Below the pieces are notes generated by a model, which was given only the letters and a program-made list of their open reading frames with translations, searched no databases and had not been told where the DNA came from. From Endomicrobiales bacterium (lineage in GTDB: Bacteria > Elusimicrobiota > Endomicrobiia > Endomicrobiales > CAWCFT01): a DNA stretch of 64,000 nucleotides. Positions within the stretch are counted from its first letter, which is position 1. Each line of letters starts with the position of its first letter. The stretch lies in the NCBI GenBank assembly GCA_963794945.1, contig CAWCFT010000015.1, forward strand, positions 121,454-185,453, written 5' to 3'. This document shows positions 49,965 to 59,098 of this stretch, in pieces. A program made the position numbers and the translations under genes.

Positions 49965-50210
49965 CTATTTTCTCTCAATAAATTCGATGATTTTTTCGAC
50001 TGAATCAAAATTGGCTGATATCATTTCTGTTTCAGTTATACAAATATTGAATTCATTTTCTATGAATTCTATTAGCTCAAGTATACCAACAGAGTCTATG
50101 ATACCTAGTTCTATGAAAGAGTCCGTATCATTAACTACGATAGATTTCCCAACTAGGTATTTATTTTTGATAAAGCGAATTAGTTTTTCACGCATTTCTA
50201 ATTTATTCAC
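49965..50210 (-). CDS. Acyl/aminoacyl carrier protein (DltC-like)
   Basis: G.IDS.G.LELI.FIE..F.I phosphopantetheine site; NFDSV..I. Confidence 0.9.
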   Translation of the reverse strand: MNKLEMREKLIRFIKNKYLVGKSIVVNDTDSFIELGIIDSVGILELIEFIENEFNICITETEMISANFDSVEKIIEFIERK

Positions 50211-50230
50211 AATACTCTCCTATCAAGACT

Positions 50231-51330
50231 TCATATTTTGAGCGAGTGTTTAATCGCATAAACACTTGGAATAATGGCGCAATCGATGAAACTTATTATC
50301 CTACCGCGAAACGTATTTTTGAAGATGAAATATTTGCTGTGCTCTCTATAATCCGAAGTAAACAGCATTTTGTAAGGCTCAGCTTTGCCGATTAGATCAA
50401 ATTCAGTGTCTTTATTTTCAAATGACTCTTTAAGTACTTTGATAGCCAGAATGTATCCTGGAGCAAAATGCCGGTATCTATTGTCATACCCACTTTTAAT
50501 CCCATATACTTTCCCTTTATATTTAATATCATATGTGAAGGCAATGGGCTTATTTTGATATTTTAATACCTCTATTTTAAGCCAGTTATTTTTAGCCAGT
50601 ATATCAGACAGCTGGCTGAACCAATTAATTCTTTCTTGGTTCTCGCGATCGCGGAATTATTTTTAAATTTCCAAGTATTCCTGGAAATCTCCAGTATCTC
50701 AGCAAAAGCCTGTTGAATATTATCTTTCCTGTAATGTACAATCTCGTAATCTCTGTTATTTTGAAGAAGATTGTTAGTTTTTTTGATCTTTAAACGTAAT
50801 TCTTTCGGTCTTTCTTGAACGTATTTATCCCAATCACAATCTATCTTTATATACGGAGATTTATTGCCGGGCATCTCCTTAGACTTTAATCTTCCTTCTT
50901 TAAGCGCATCTTTAATCTGCCTGTTTGTTACGGAATCTTTTACTATCTGGTCAAGCCACATCATGTCCCAATCAGTGTGCATTTCATTTAAGTATTTAAG
51001 CAACTCAGGAAAAACGATCTGGTTTCCAGTTACTATCATTCCGGCTCTGACAGAATAATAGTTTTCCATAAATTTAATAGCTTTAACAGGGATACCTCTC
51101 AGCTTTATCTTTTCTACTATAAAAGGAGCTATAGCTGTGATAACATCCGAATTATCCTTCACCAAAAGTATCAGTATCTCTTTACCCTTGCCGAACAACC
51201 TCAGCCAGAGCCTGAACCATTCAAATGTCATAAAAGGCATGTCCGCATCGCTTTGAGCGAGCAGATTGTTCCAATAAGGTTCAAGTTTTAAAAATTCATC
51301 AAATGATTTTACAGCTTCAATTCTTGTCAT
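50231..51330 (-). CDS. CelD/BcsL-type GNAT, frameshift near 50620
   Basis: ORF 50572..51330 continues in another frame (...SGYD.RY..FAPG...FDLIG..EPYK) to TGA at 50231. Confidence 0.8.
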
Positions 51331-51582
51331 AGGCTAATTCGTCGGGCTCATAAAATAATTATTTTATACTCCATTATAGGATTATGTTTTAGATTTATAA
51401 ATATTTTGTCCGCGTTTTCCAGGCTGCAAACCATATCTATAATAGTTTGGATGTTAATTGGATTATTGTTGGTGGGATTAAATAGGCCGCATATGACACA
51501 CATTATACAGATAAGACCCTTCGATTGGGGCTATATTCAACAAAACTATCATTAACAATATTAACTACCTGTAAACTAGTAA

Positions 51583-52566
51583 TCAGTCGGCCCCTATCTT
51601 CATTGTGATGGATAGCTTGTTTACATTGCCGAGTTCTGAATTTGGAATAAAGGCATAATCTATCCTGACTTCGCTGGCATATAAAAATAATACGTCCAGC
51701 TGCTTTATGCTCATTCCTATGCCGGTTGTAATACCGCTCGTATATGAGTACTTATTATTGTATCCCAGGCGCAAATACAGTGTATCCATAAAATTATATT
51801 CGGTACCGAAATTGTATGTTTGCTGCGATGCGTCCGGCATATTAAGATCAACGTTCATGGTGAGCGCCCCGTAAAGAGCTTTTGCGCTTGCGCTTAACTT
51901 TGTATTTGACGGCAAGGCAAAAGATTCTTCTTCATATTGCATGCTGCTGCCCATGTTCTGCCGTGTCAGGCCCACACAAGCATTGTAAACTGGCATCTTC
52001 CACAAAAGGCCAGCGTCGAAAGCCGTCGCCTTTGTATTGTTGTCGCTTATTTCTTCAGTGACAAATTTCGTGCTTAATCCCGCCGCGAACTGGCCGATAG
52101 ATTCTTGTTCATAAATAGTTTTGGCGTATGAGAATATAAGCAGCTGATCCCTGGCAGTAAAACTGCCTGTCGGGTTGCCGTTCGCGTCCATCCCGTTTAT
52201 TTGCCCTGAATTTAGATCTGAAAACGCGACTGCCAGGGTTCCAAGATCAATAAGGTTAGACGAACGTACATCATGCAGGCTGTATGCCATTCCCATATAC
52301 TGGTTAGTCATTCCCTGCCATTGTTCGTTTGAACATGTATATTCCACATTTTTTACCGTTGCTAAACCGGCAGGGTTATAATACAAGCAGCCTATTTCGC
52401 CGTTCAGCCCGGAATATGTATCTCCCATCGCGGCTGTTTTCGCGTCAGGCATAACCTCGAGTATCTGGGCCCCGGTAGTGCCCAAACCGTCAGCTGAAGC
52501 ATTCTTAACTACGGGCAGCACTAAAAATGTTAATAGTACGCCAGTGAATATTGCTTGTTTTTTCAT
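51583..52566 (-). CDS. PorV/PorQ-family outer-membrane barrel
   Basis: GA..L.....A...AMG, YYNPAGLA, AFDAG, QNMG, G.EY......LR.GY, IDYAF. Confidence 0.8.
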   Translation of the reverse strand: MKKQAIFTGVLLTFLVLPVVKNASADGLGTTGAQILEVMPDAKTAAMGDTYSGLNGEIGCLYYNPAGLATVKNVEYTCSNEQWQGMTNQYMGMAYSLHDVRSSNLIDLGTLAVAFSDLNSGQINGMDANGNPTGSFTARDQLLIFSYAKTIYEQESIGQFAAGLSTKFVTEEISDNNTKATAFDAGLLWKMPVYNACVGLTRQNMGSSMQYEEESFALPSNTKLSASAKALYGALTMNVDLNMPDASQQTYNFGTEYNFMDTLYLRLGYNNKYSYTSGITTGIGMSIKQLDVLFLYASEVRIDYAFIPNSELGNVNKLSITMKIGAD

Positions 52567-52598
52567 TTTCAGTTCCTGTATTATGATTATTAAAATTC

Positions 52599-52958
52599 TT
52601 ATTTTAGTATTGCGATCTTGCCGTTAGATTTACTGTCGCCGCTTGTTATTAAATAAATATATATCCCTGAAGCAACACTCGAACCACTATTATTGGTTAG
52701 GTCCCAAATTGCACGGCCGTCCGCTGTGGTGACAACTCTTTCGTAGATCAATTCGCCGGTCTTTTTATATATCTTTATTCTAGCGGTGCCTGTAAGGTTA
52801 TCGAACGTGATATTGGTATGGCCAAGCTTTGTCTGAAACGGGTTAGGGTACACTATCACGTTGTTAAGATCTGTGCATAGCGCCCCCTGCGCGCAGTTTA
52901 CATTGCTAAGCAATGCGGATAACGACAACATGACGGCCAGCATAAATACTTTTTTCAT
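52599..52958 (-). CDS. Signal peptide plus stand-alone T9SS type-A-like CTD/FlgD-Ig domain (119 aa; start reassigned)
   Basis: VYPNPF...IKIY..TGELI...WD..N.SG..VASGIYIY......GK.AILK; AGAGGT RBS. Confidence 0.8.
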   Translation of the reverse strand: MKKVFMLAVMLSLSALLSNVNCAQGALCTDLNNVIVYPNPFQTKLGHTNITFDNLTGTARIKIYKKTGELIYERVVTTADGRAIWDLTNNSGSSVASGIYIYLITSGDSKSNGKIAILK

Positions 52959-52974
52959 TTCACTTTTACCTCTT

Positions 52975-55113
52975 TCATTTATAACTGTAATAGTAGTCAT
53001 ACAAATATCTGGGCATATAATACTGCACGTTAGTAAGCACAAACCCTGCGATCTTGGTATCAACCTGCTGGAGTTTTTCCTTTGCGTGTATAACATCCTT
53101 TTTCTTGGCGCGCCCGGCCTGGATCACGACTATAACGGCATCCGCGAGCCTGCACATTACCGATGCATCTGGAAGATTTATTATGGGAGGAGAATCTATT
53201 ATGATATACTCGAACCTTTCCTTTAATTTTTTCATTAATGTTATCATTGCCGGGGAATCAAGCAGCTCGGAAGGCCTTCTGTTGCCTCCACCAGAGTGAA
53301 GTACATAAAGGTTTTTAATTTTTGTTTCTTTGATAGCCGCATCTACTTGTATCTCCCCGGAAAGCACATCTATGAGCCCTTTTGACGCCGGTATAGAGAA
53401 CAGATTCCCGACAGTCCCTTTCCTGAGGTCGCAATCCATGAGCAGTGTCTTTCTCCCGCTGTCAGCGATTGTCACCGCAAGGTTTGACGATGTCGTGCTT
53501 TTACCTTCCCCTCTAAGCGTGCTTGTAAGGATCAGTGTTGTGGGAGGTTTTTCATCGCCGGCGCCGTGAAAAATATGGGTTCTTAGTATCCGGAATTCGT
53601 CAGAGATGACTGAGTTTGGTTCATGATAAACGACAAGCTGTGCGGAGATATCTTTATCGCGGATCTGTTTCGCGATGTGAGGCGTTACAAATGTCAGCCC
53701 GGAAAGCATTTTATTTGTCTGAATAAAACCGTTTATCTTCTCTTTGAGACCAATGATAAGGCTTTTCTTGGCATTGTCTTGTTCCAATATCATTTTTGAG
53801 ATCGAACTCAAGAACGGTATGTCGAGCATGTCCTGAACCTGCTCTTTGGTTTGGAAAGCTCCGCTTAAATTTTCAACCGCGAACACAAGCCCAAGCCCGC
53901 TAAGAGCGCCAAGCGCGAGGCCCATGAAAGCCACCATGGCCATTCTGGGTTTTACCGGCTGCAGAGGAAGCCTGGCATATTCCAGAACTGAGTATTTGTT
54001 GCCATTTTCAGAATTCTCAAGCCTTTCTGCAACATATGCCGCTTCAAGCTGTTTTAGCAGCATTTTGTATATGTCTTCATCAACCGCCCTATTTCTTTCA
54101 ATGTTCGTTATCTCTGTTTCACTTACATTAGCGGGAACAGTTTGATCCTGTCCCTCAGTGCTTTTCTTGCGTTTATTAAGAGTCTCCAGTTCCATCTCAA
54201 CTTGTTTTAATTCCTGTTTTGCCTGAACATAAAGCGGATTGAGCATGAATACATTTTCTTTAACGTTCGATTTGCCCATTTCCGCATCAATCTTGTCTTT
54301 GATTTCCTTAATTTCTGTTTTTAACGACAAAACCCTTGGATTATCCGGCTTTGCGTCGAAACTGATCTTAGCAAGCTCCATCTCCAATTGTCCCTGGCGA
54401 GCCTGCAGCTGGGCGATTGCAGGGTTTTCCGCGTTCGTTATCTGGGAAGGCACTATCCTCTGCATGCTCTGGATCTTTTCCAGAAGCAATAACTTTTTCT
54501 GAACCGCGGTTTGCAGGTCAGTATCCAGTTTGCTGGCTGAAACATCCTGTTGGGAGCTGTCAAGTTTTTGCTTGTAAATAGCCAGCTGCTGCTGAATAAA
54601 CCCTATCGCTATCTTTGCCTCTTCCTTCTGCATACTGTCGTTCATAGATATTAGCGAGCTGGCCAGGGCGTTAACGACCTGCTGCGCATTATAGGGGCTT
54701 CTGTCCTGATAAGCTATCTCCACCAAATTCCCGTTTTTCAAGACAAATCTCATCCTGTTCTTAAAAGCCTTGATAACAATTTCGCGGTCCGCAGGCGAGG
54801 TTATATTATCTGCCAAGTGTAGCTGAGATACCATCTGTTCCAGCCGGGGCCACGCTGTTACCTGTTTTACAATTGTCTCAAACTCATTCTCAACATCATG
54901 AGATGTCGCCTGATCTTTTACAACAGCGCCGACAATGTTTTTTGTTTGAATTTGCACGAGCGCGCTTGTTTCATAGGTCTTAGGAAGCATTGACCCTACA
55001 ATAACCGTTATAATAGATATAATGATCAGGGGTATAATAAAGAGGTTCAGTCTTCTTATAACTACCCCTACGATCTCATCAAAATTGCGCTGTGTATTTG
55101 CTTCTTTGTCCAT
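52975..55113 (-). CDS. wzc: Wzc-type polysaccharide co-polymerase / tyrosine kinase
   Basis: Wzz N-terminus, coiled coil, GEGKST, D.DLR, IIDSPP, C-terminal Tyr cluster YYMPRYLYDYYYSY. Confidence 0.93.
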   Translation of the reverse strand: MDKEANTQRNFDEIVGVVIRRLNLFIIPLIIISIITVIVGSMLPKTYETSALVQIQTKNIVGAVVKDQATSHDVENEFETIVKQVTAWPRLEQMVSQLHLADNITSPADREIVIKAFKNRMRFVLKNGNLVEIAYQDRSPYNAQQVVNALASSLISMNDSMQKEEAKIAIGFIQQQLAIYKQKLDSSQQDVSASKLDTDLQTAVQKKLLLLEKIQSMQRIVPSQITNAENPAIAQLQARQGQLEMELAKISFDAKPDNPRVLSLKTEIKEIKDKIDAEMGKSNVKENVFMLNPLYVQAKQELKQVEMELETLNKRKKSTEGQDQTVPANVSETEITNIERNRAVDEDIYKMLLKQLEAAYVAERLENSENGNKYSVLEYARLPLQPVKPRMAMVAFMGLALGALSGLGLVFAVENLSGAFQTKEQVQDMLDIPFLSSISKMILEQDNAKKSLIIGLKEKINGFIQTNKMLSGLTFVTPHIAKQIRDKDISAQLVVYHEPNSVISDEFRILRTHIFHGAGDEKPPTTLILTSTLRGEGKSTTSSNLAVTIADSGRKTLLMDCDLRKGTVGNLFSIPASKGLIDVLSGEIQVDAAIKETKIKNLYVLHSGGGNRRPSELLDSPAMITLMKKLKERFEYIIIDSPPIINLPDASVMCRLADAVIVVIQAGRAKKKDVIHAKEKLQQVDTKIAGFVLTNVQYYMPRYLYDYYYSYK

Positions 55114-55138
55114 TTTCTCCTCTATATGGTTTTCAGGT

Positions 55139-55858
55139 TCAAGGGGTTGCCGTTGTCGGAACCATGGCCTGCCGGGCCGTCGTAACAGCTGTGGTAGGGC
55201 TCAGCAAATCAGTCAAGAACGATACGAGCTGACCCCACAGGGTTTTTGGGACGTAAACAACATCTCCCGGTTTTATAATGATATTATTTTTAGTTTCGCC
55301 ACGGTAAAGTACCCTATAAAGGTCGACTACTCGCTGCACCGGCCTGTTTTCAGAAGTTGTAATTATATAAACTCTGTGAGTAGCGGCAAAATGCGTAGGC
55401 AAATTAGCCATAATTATCGCATCCCTGAGCGTTATTTTTTTCCCTCCGGTCGAGTACCGCCCGGGCAGATTCACTTCACCAAAGACATAAATCATTTCGC
55501 TGGCATAACGGGTGATATCTACTGTAACTTGCGGATTATTTATATATTTATCCATTATTGCCTCGCACGCCACCTCAGCTCCCGTTTTTGACAGGCCGGC
55601 CAATTTGATATCTCCAATGCCCGGCACCAGGATCTTCCCATCTGGCTTTATGGTATAATCACCGCTCCACTCGGGATGGCGTTCAACCATTATACGAATT
55701 ACATCATCCTGGCCTAAAATATAATCATCCATTTTCGCGTTGATATTCGTCATTTTTTGGGCATCGCTCTTTTTCATGGTTGCGCATGATGATGCCATAA
55801 TCATGACGGACAACAACGCCGAAACTAAAAACAAGGCCTTCACATTTTCATTATTCAT
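55139..55858 (-). CDS. wza: Wza-type polysaccharide export lipoprotein
   Basis: ASSC lipobox; Y.LG.DDVI, PDG.I..P..G, V.GEV..PG SLBB motif. Confidence 0.9.
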   Translation of the reverse strand: MNNENVKALFLVSALLSVMIMASSCATMKKSDAQKMTNINAKMDDYILGQDDVIRIMVERHPEWSGDYTIKPDGKILVPGIGDIKLAGLSKTGAEVACEAIMDKYINNPQVTVDITRYASEMIYVFGEVNLPGRYSTGGKKITLRDAIIMANLPTHFAATHRVYIITTSENRPVQRVVDLYRVLYRGETKNNIIIKPGDVVYVPKTLWGQLVSFLTDLLSPTTAVTTARQAMVPTTATP

Positions 55859-56197
55859 CTTTTCCTCAATATTGCCGCCCCATCTCTAACATGACAGGCA
55901 GCTTTGGCACAACTCTATACAAATCTTTAGCCTTTTAGAATAGTACATCGTTACAACTTTAACAAATATCTTGAGATTATGCAAGTGTATTTTAGTTGCA
56001 AAACAAATGAATTTACTATTTTGCACTGCCGCTTTGTTGCGGCTGGGTTTAGCCGGGAGCGTATTTAGTCCACAGGCAATGCGTTAAATGTAACCGACAT
56101 TTAAGGCAGTGATGTCTATTTCCATTTGCAGTCCGACCAAGTGTCGCGATTCCGCCTGATCTAACAAACACTTTTACGCTAAATCCGTTTAAATGCT

Positions 56198-57055
56198 TTA
56201 CAAAACTATGTTTTTATTTTCGAACTCTCTGTGCATTAAAAGCATCAGCGCAGCAGATACAGTTATTACAAAATCTATCGCCGTGGTCATGATTACTTTC
56301 ATCACGAGCATCCATAAGGTAATTTCCGGGAACAGAGCACTCATAAAATACGTCATTTTAAAATGCAGGTAATACATAGGCGCAAGAAGCATGTTGGGTA
56401 GCAGTATAATAGCAAGCGATATTAAAGGATATTCCTTAACTAGAAACAACGTCCTCTTTATGGATGCCAGTATTTTTTTGTTCTCTATTATAATTGCCGG
56501 GATAGAATAAACAAAGATTGTTTGAGCTACTGTTCCTGCGAAAAACTCAGCGATAAATATATGCTTCGGGGAATGAAATACTATATAAAAACTGCCTAGA
56601 AATTTTACCATTATAGAGTTGGCCGTCATCACCAGCGCCCAGATGAAGAACATGGCAAAATATTTGTTGAAAGTTTTTGAGATGCATATTTTCCAATCCG
56701 GCTCCGTATTGCTTAGAATTTGAAATATCACAGCTATAGTCACACCGCTGGATAGTAAGCCGGTAACAAACATTAGCATGTTTTTTCCGTAACCGAATAG
56801 CTCGGGCAAAATGAGGAAGTTCGCAGGATAGTGGAGGTACTTCTCACCCCAGAGAGACCTGATATAGGGAGTGAAATTCGGCGAGACTGGAGGCTTCGAG
56901 GCATAATATAAAGCGGCCAAGAGAACCAGGTCAAGGAAACCCATTATGAGGAAAGGTGTCATTGCCCCGGGATATTTCCTTAAAGTCCTCCAAAGCTTAG
57001 TGAATATCTCATGTATATCTATCTCATTATCTAGAAGCATTGTCACCTGTTTCAT
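56198..57055 (-). CDS. Polytopic membrane protein of unknown function
   Basis: ~6 TM segments; PAIIIE......SIKR. Confidence 0.65.
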   Translation of the reverse strand: MKQVTMLLDNEIDIHEIFTKLWRTLRKYPGAMTPFLIMGFLDLVLLAALYYASKPPVSPNFTPYIRSLWGEKYLHYPANFLILPELFGYGKNMLMFVTGLLSSGVTIAVIFQILSNTEPDWKICISKTFNKYFAMFFIWALVMTANSIMVKFLGSFYIVFHSPKHIFIAEFFAGTVAQTIFVYSIPAIIIENKKILASIKRTLFLVKEYPLISLAIILLPNMLLAPMYYLHFKMTYFMSALFPEITLWMLVMKVIMTTAIDFVITVSAALMLLMHREFENKNIVL

Positions 57056-57279
57056 TTGTAATAGTAATATAGTAATACACTTTTTCAGAACTCAAATCAA
57101 GATCTGATGTTATTTCTAGCTGTAATACTCAAAATAAATCCAAAAGCGGAAAGACCTTCGATTTATTTAGATTTAAAACGACGAACACTACCGCTTGGAG
57201 GGTCGCAAACGAGGCCTGGAAGTGTTATATCAGTTCTTGCCACGATACTTTTCTATTTAGTCAGGGCATCAAAATTTTC

Positions 57280-58275
57280 TTAGTGCGCGGCCTTATCAGC
57301 CACAACTCTTCTGGCAGTATCCAATAGTATTGCAATATCAACTGTTATGCTTTGCTTTTTTATATACAGTTTATCGTATTTTAGTTTTCTCTTAGTTTCA
57401 TCCAACGTGGCCGCGTAGCTTTGCCTGACCTGCGCTAGTCCTGTTATTCCAGGTTTTACACTATAACGCCCATGAAAATATTTTTTATGCTCATTAACGA
57501 ATACCGGCCTTTCCGGCCTGGGCCCGATTATGCTCATATCTCCCATAATAACATTGTAAAATTGAGGTATCTCGTCTAAATGAGTCTTCCTTAGTATTTT
57601 TCCTATGCGCGTTATCCTGTTATCGTTCTTTTTTGCCCAAATCGGCCCGCTTTTAGCTTCTGCGTTTTCATACATTGTTCTCAGTTTATAAACATGAAAT
57701 AGTTTTCCAAGGTTACTATCATTTCTTCTGCACCAGTTCTGGAATTGAGAGTTATATCTTTTCCTTCTATTTATGCCGACCCTAGTCTGTTTAAATAATA
57801 CCGGGCCTTTCGACTCAAGTTTTATAAGAACCGCGCACAATAAAAGTATCGGAGAAAGCACGAGAAGCGCCAGCGATGATATAATAATATCGAACATCCT
57901 TTTTGCATCATCATATCTTATTTGGCCAAAAATAATAAATAGACCGATCACAGCCGCAAAAATGTAGAGAAACCTCGAGACCACGTTTAATAATAGCATG
58001 CTTTCATTATTGCCAATGTTATGGCTGTCAGAAAGAAGGCAAAGAAGGCCCGGATTATTCGTGCTATCTGCACGCGCATGGGTGTCTATATTAAATAATT
58101 TTATAATATCTGAGCACAAGGGTATATAGGAATCATTGCCGTGAGCACCACTAACAAGCGCTGAATCATTCTTTATGCGGTTAGGCACATTGAAGATCAT
58201 GTATGCTCCAGCCTGTGAAGCGGCACAAAACATAAGCACACATACTACAACTCTGAAGGCTTTTGTTTTGTTCAT
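57280..58275 (-). CDS. Priming sugar-phosphate transferase (Bac_transf) with atypical N-terminus
   Basis: KR.FD, GPV.FKQ.RVG, K.RTM, LDE.PQ..NV..GDMS..GPRPE, KPGITG.AQV. Confidence 0.92.
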   Translation of the reverse strand: MNKTKAFRVVVCVLMFCAASQAGAYMIFNVPNRIKNDSALVSGAHGNDSYIPLCSDIIKLFNIDTHARADSTNNPGLLCLLSDSHNIGNNESMLLLNVVSRFLYIFAAVIGLFIIFGQIRYDDAKRMFDIIISSLALLVLSPILLLCAVLIKLESKGPVLFKQTRVGINRRKRYNSQFQNWCRRNDSNLGKLFHVYKLRTMYENAEAKSGPIWAKKNDNRITRIGKILRKTHLDEIPQFYNVIMGDMSIIGPRPERPVFVNEHKKYFHGRYSVKPGITGLAQVRQSYAATLDETKRKLKYDKLYIKKQSITVDIAILLDTARRVVADKAAH

Positions 58276-59098
58276 GTTTTTGTTACTCCTTTTGCCGTTT
58301 TTGCAGTGATATCTGTGCAGAATCTGCTTTATAATTTTGTGAATTAATTAAGCTTTCTATATACAGAAATAATACTAAAATTACAAGGGAATGATCCAAT
58401 TAAATTTACATTTTATGCATGATATTATGCATGATAATTTCATCGTAATAGATTTATTTCCTAACTATATGGCAATAACCCTCCCCGCAACTAGCTACGA
58501 GGAATTGTACAGTTATAGAAGCTTAAATAAGGTTTATTTTGCCCCAAACTAACTTCCAACTGTATTCGGTCATAAGTTTTTTGTAGTTGCGGCTTTTCTT
58601 TATAATGAGCATTGTATTGTTCAGATGGGTAATAATATTAAAATAGGTGTCAAATATTTGTGAAACAAGATATGCCGGATAGAATAGTGTTTATTTGAGA
58701 TTCAATATAGTTAACAAATACTAAAATTGATTAAACCACTAACAATATGTTTGTATTATCAGAATATATGATTTATCTGTGATATTATTAAACGTGCCTT
58801 TGATATTTTGCCCCCTTGTATGCCTGCCAGTGTGGCTCGCTGGCAATTTTCAATATTATGTTGATAAATATAGCATTTCAGCCTTGAATCAAAAGGCTCG
58901 ATTGATTTCAAATATTCATAGTTATTCCGCATTAAGCATATTGATCTCGTTTTATGAATTAGATTATACCAAAAACCTCCCAAATTGGCAACATAAAATC
59001 AAACTCTTGACTCGGATAAATGCAAATGATACACTTCTATTGATTTGAGACTTCATCAATCTCATATTCAATTATTTCCCTAACAACAGCGTTAAAAA

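Noticed and set aside
55860..56197. Possible riboswitch or small ORF upstream of wza
   Set aside because: I could not match c-di-GMP or other consensus motifs, and there is no ORF with an RBS; needs an Rfam search
57186..57196. ops/JUMPstart-like AGCGGTAGTG on the minus strand
   Set aside because: Imperfect match, no JUMPstart context, and no RfaH/UpxY-type gene seen
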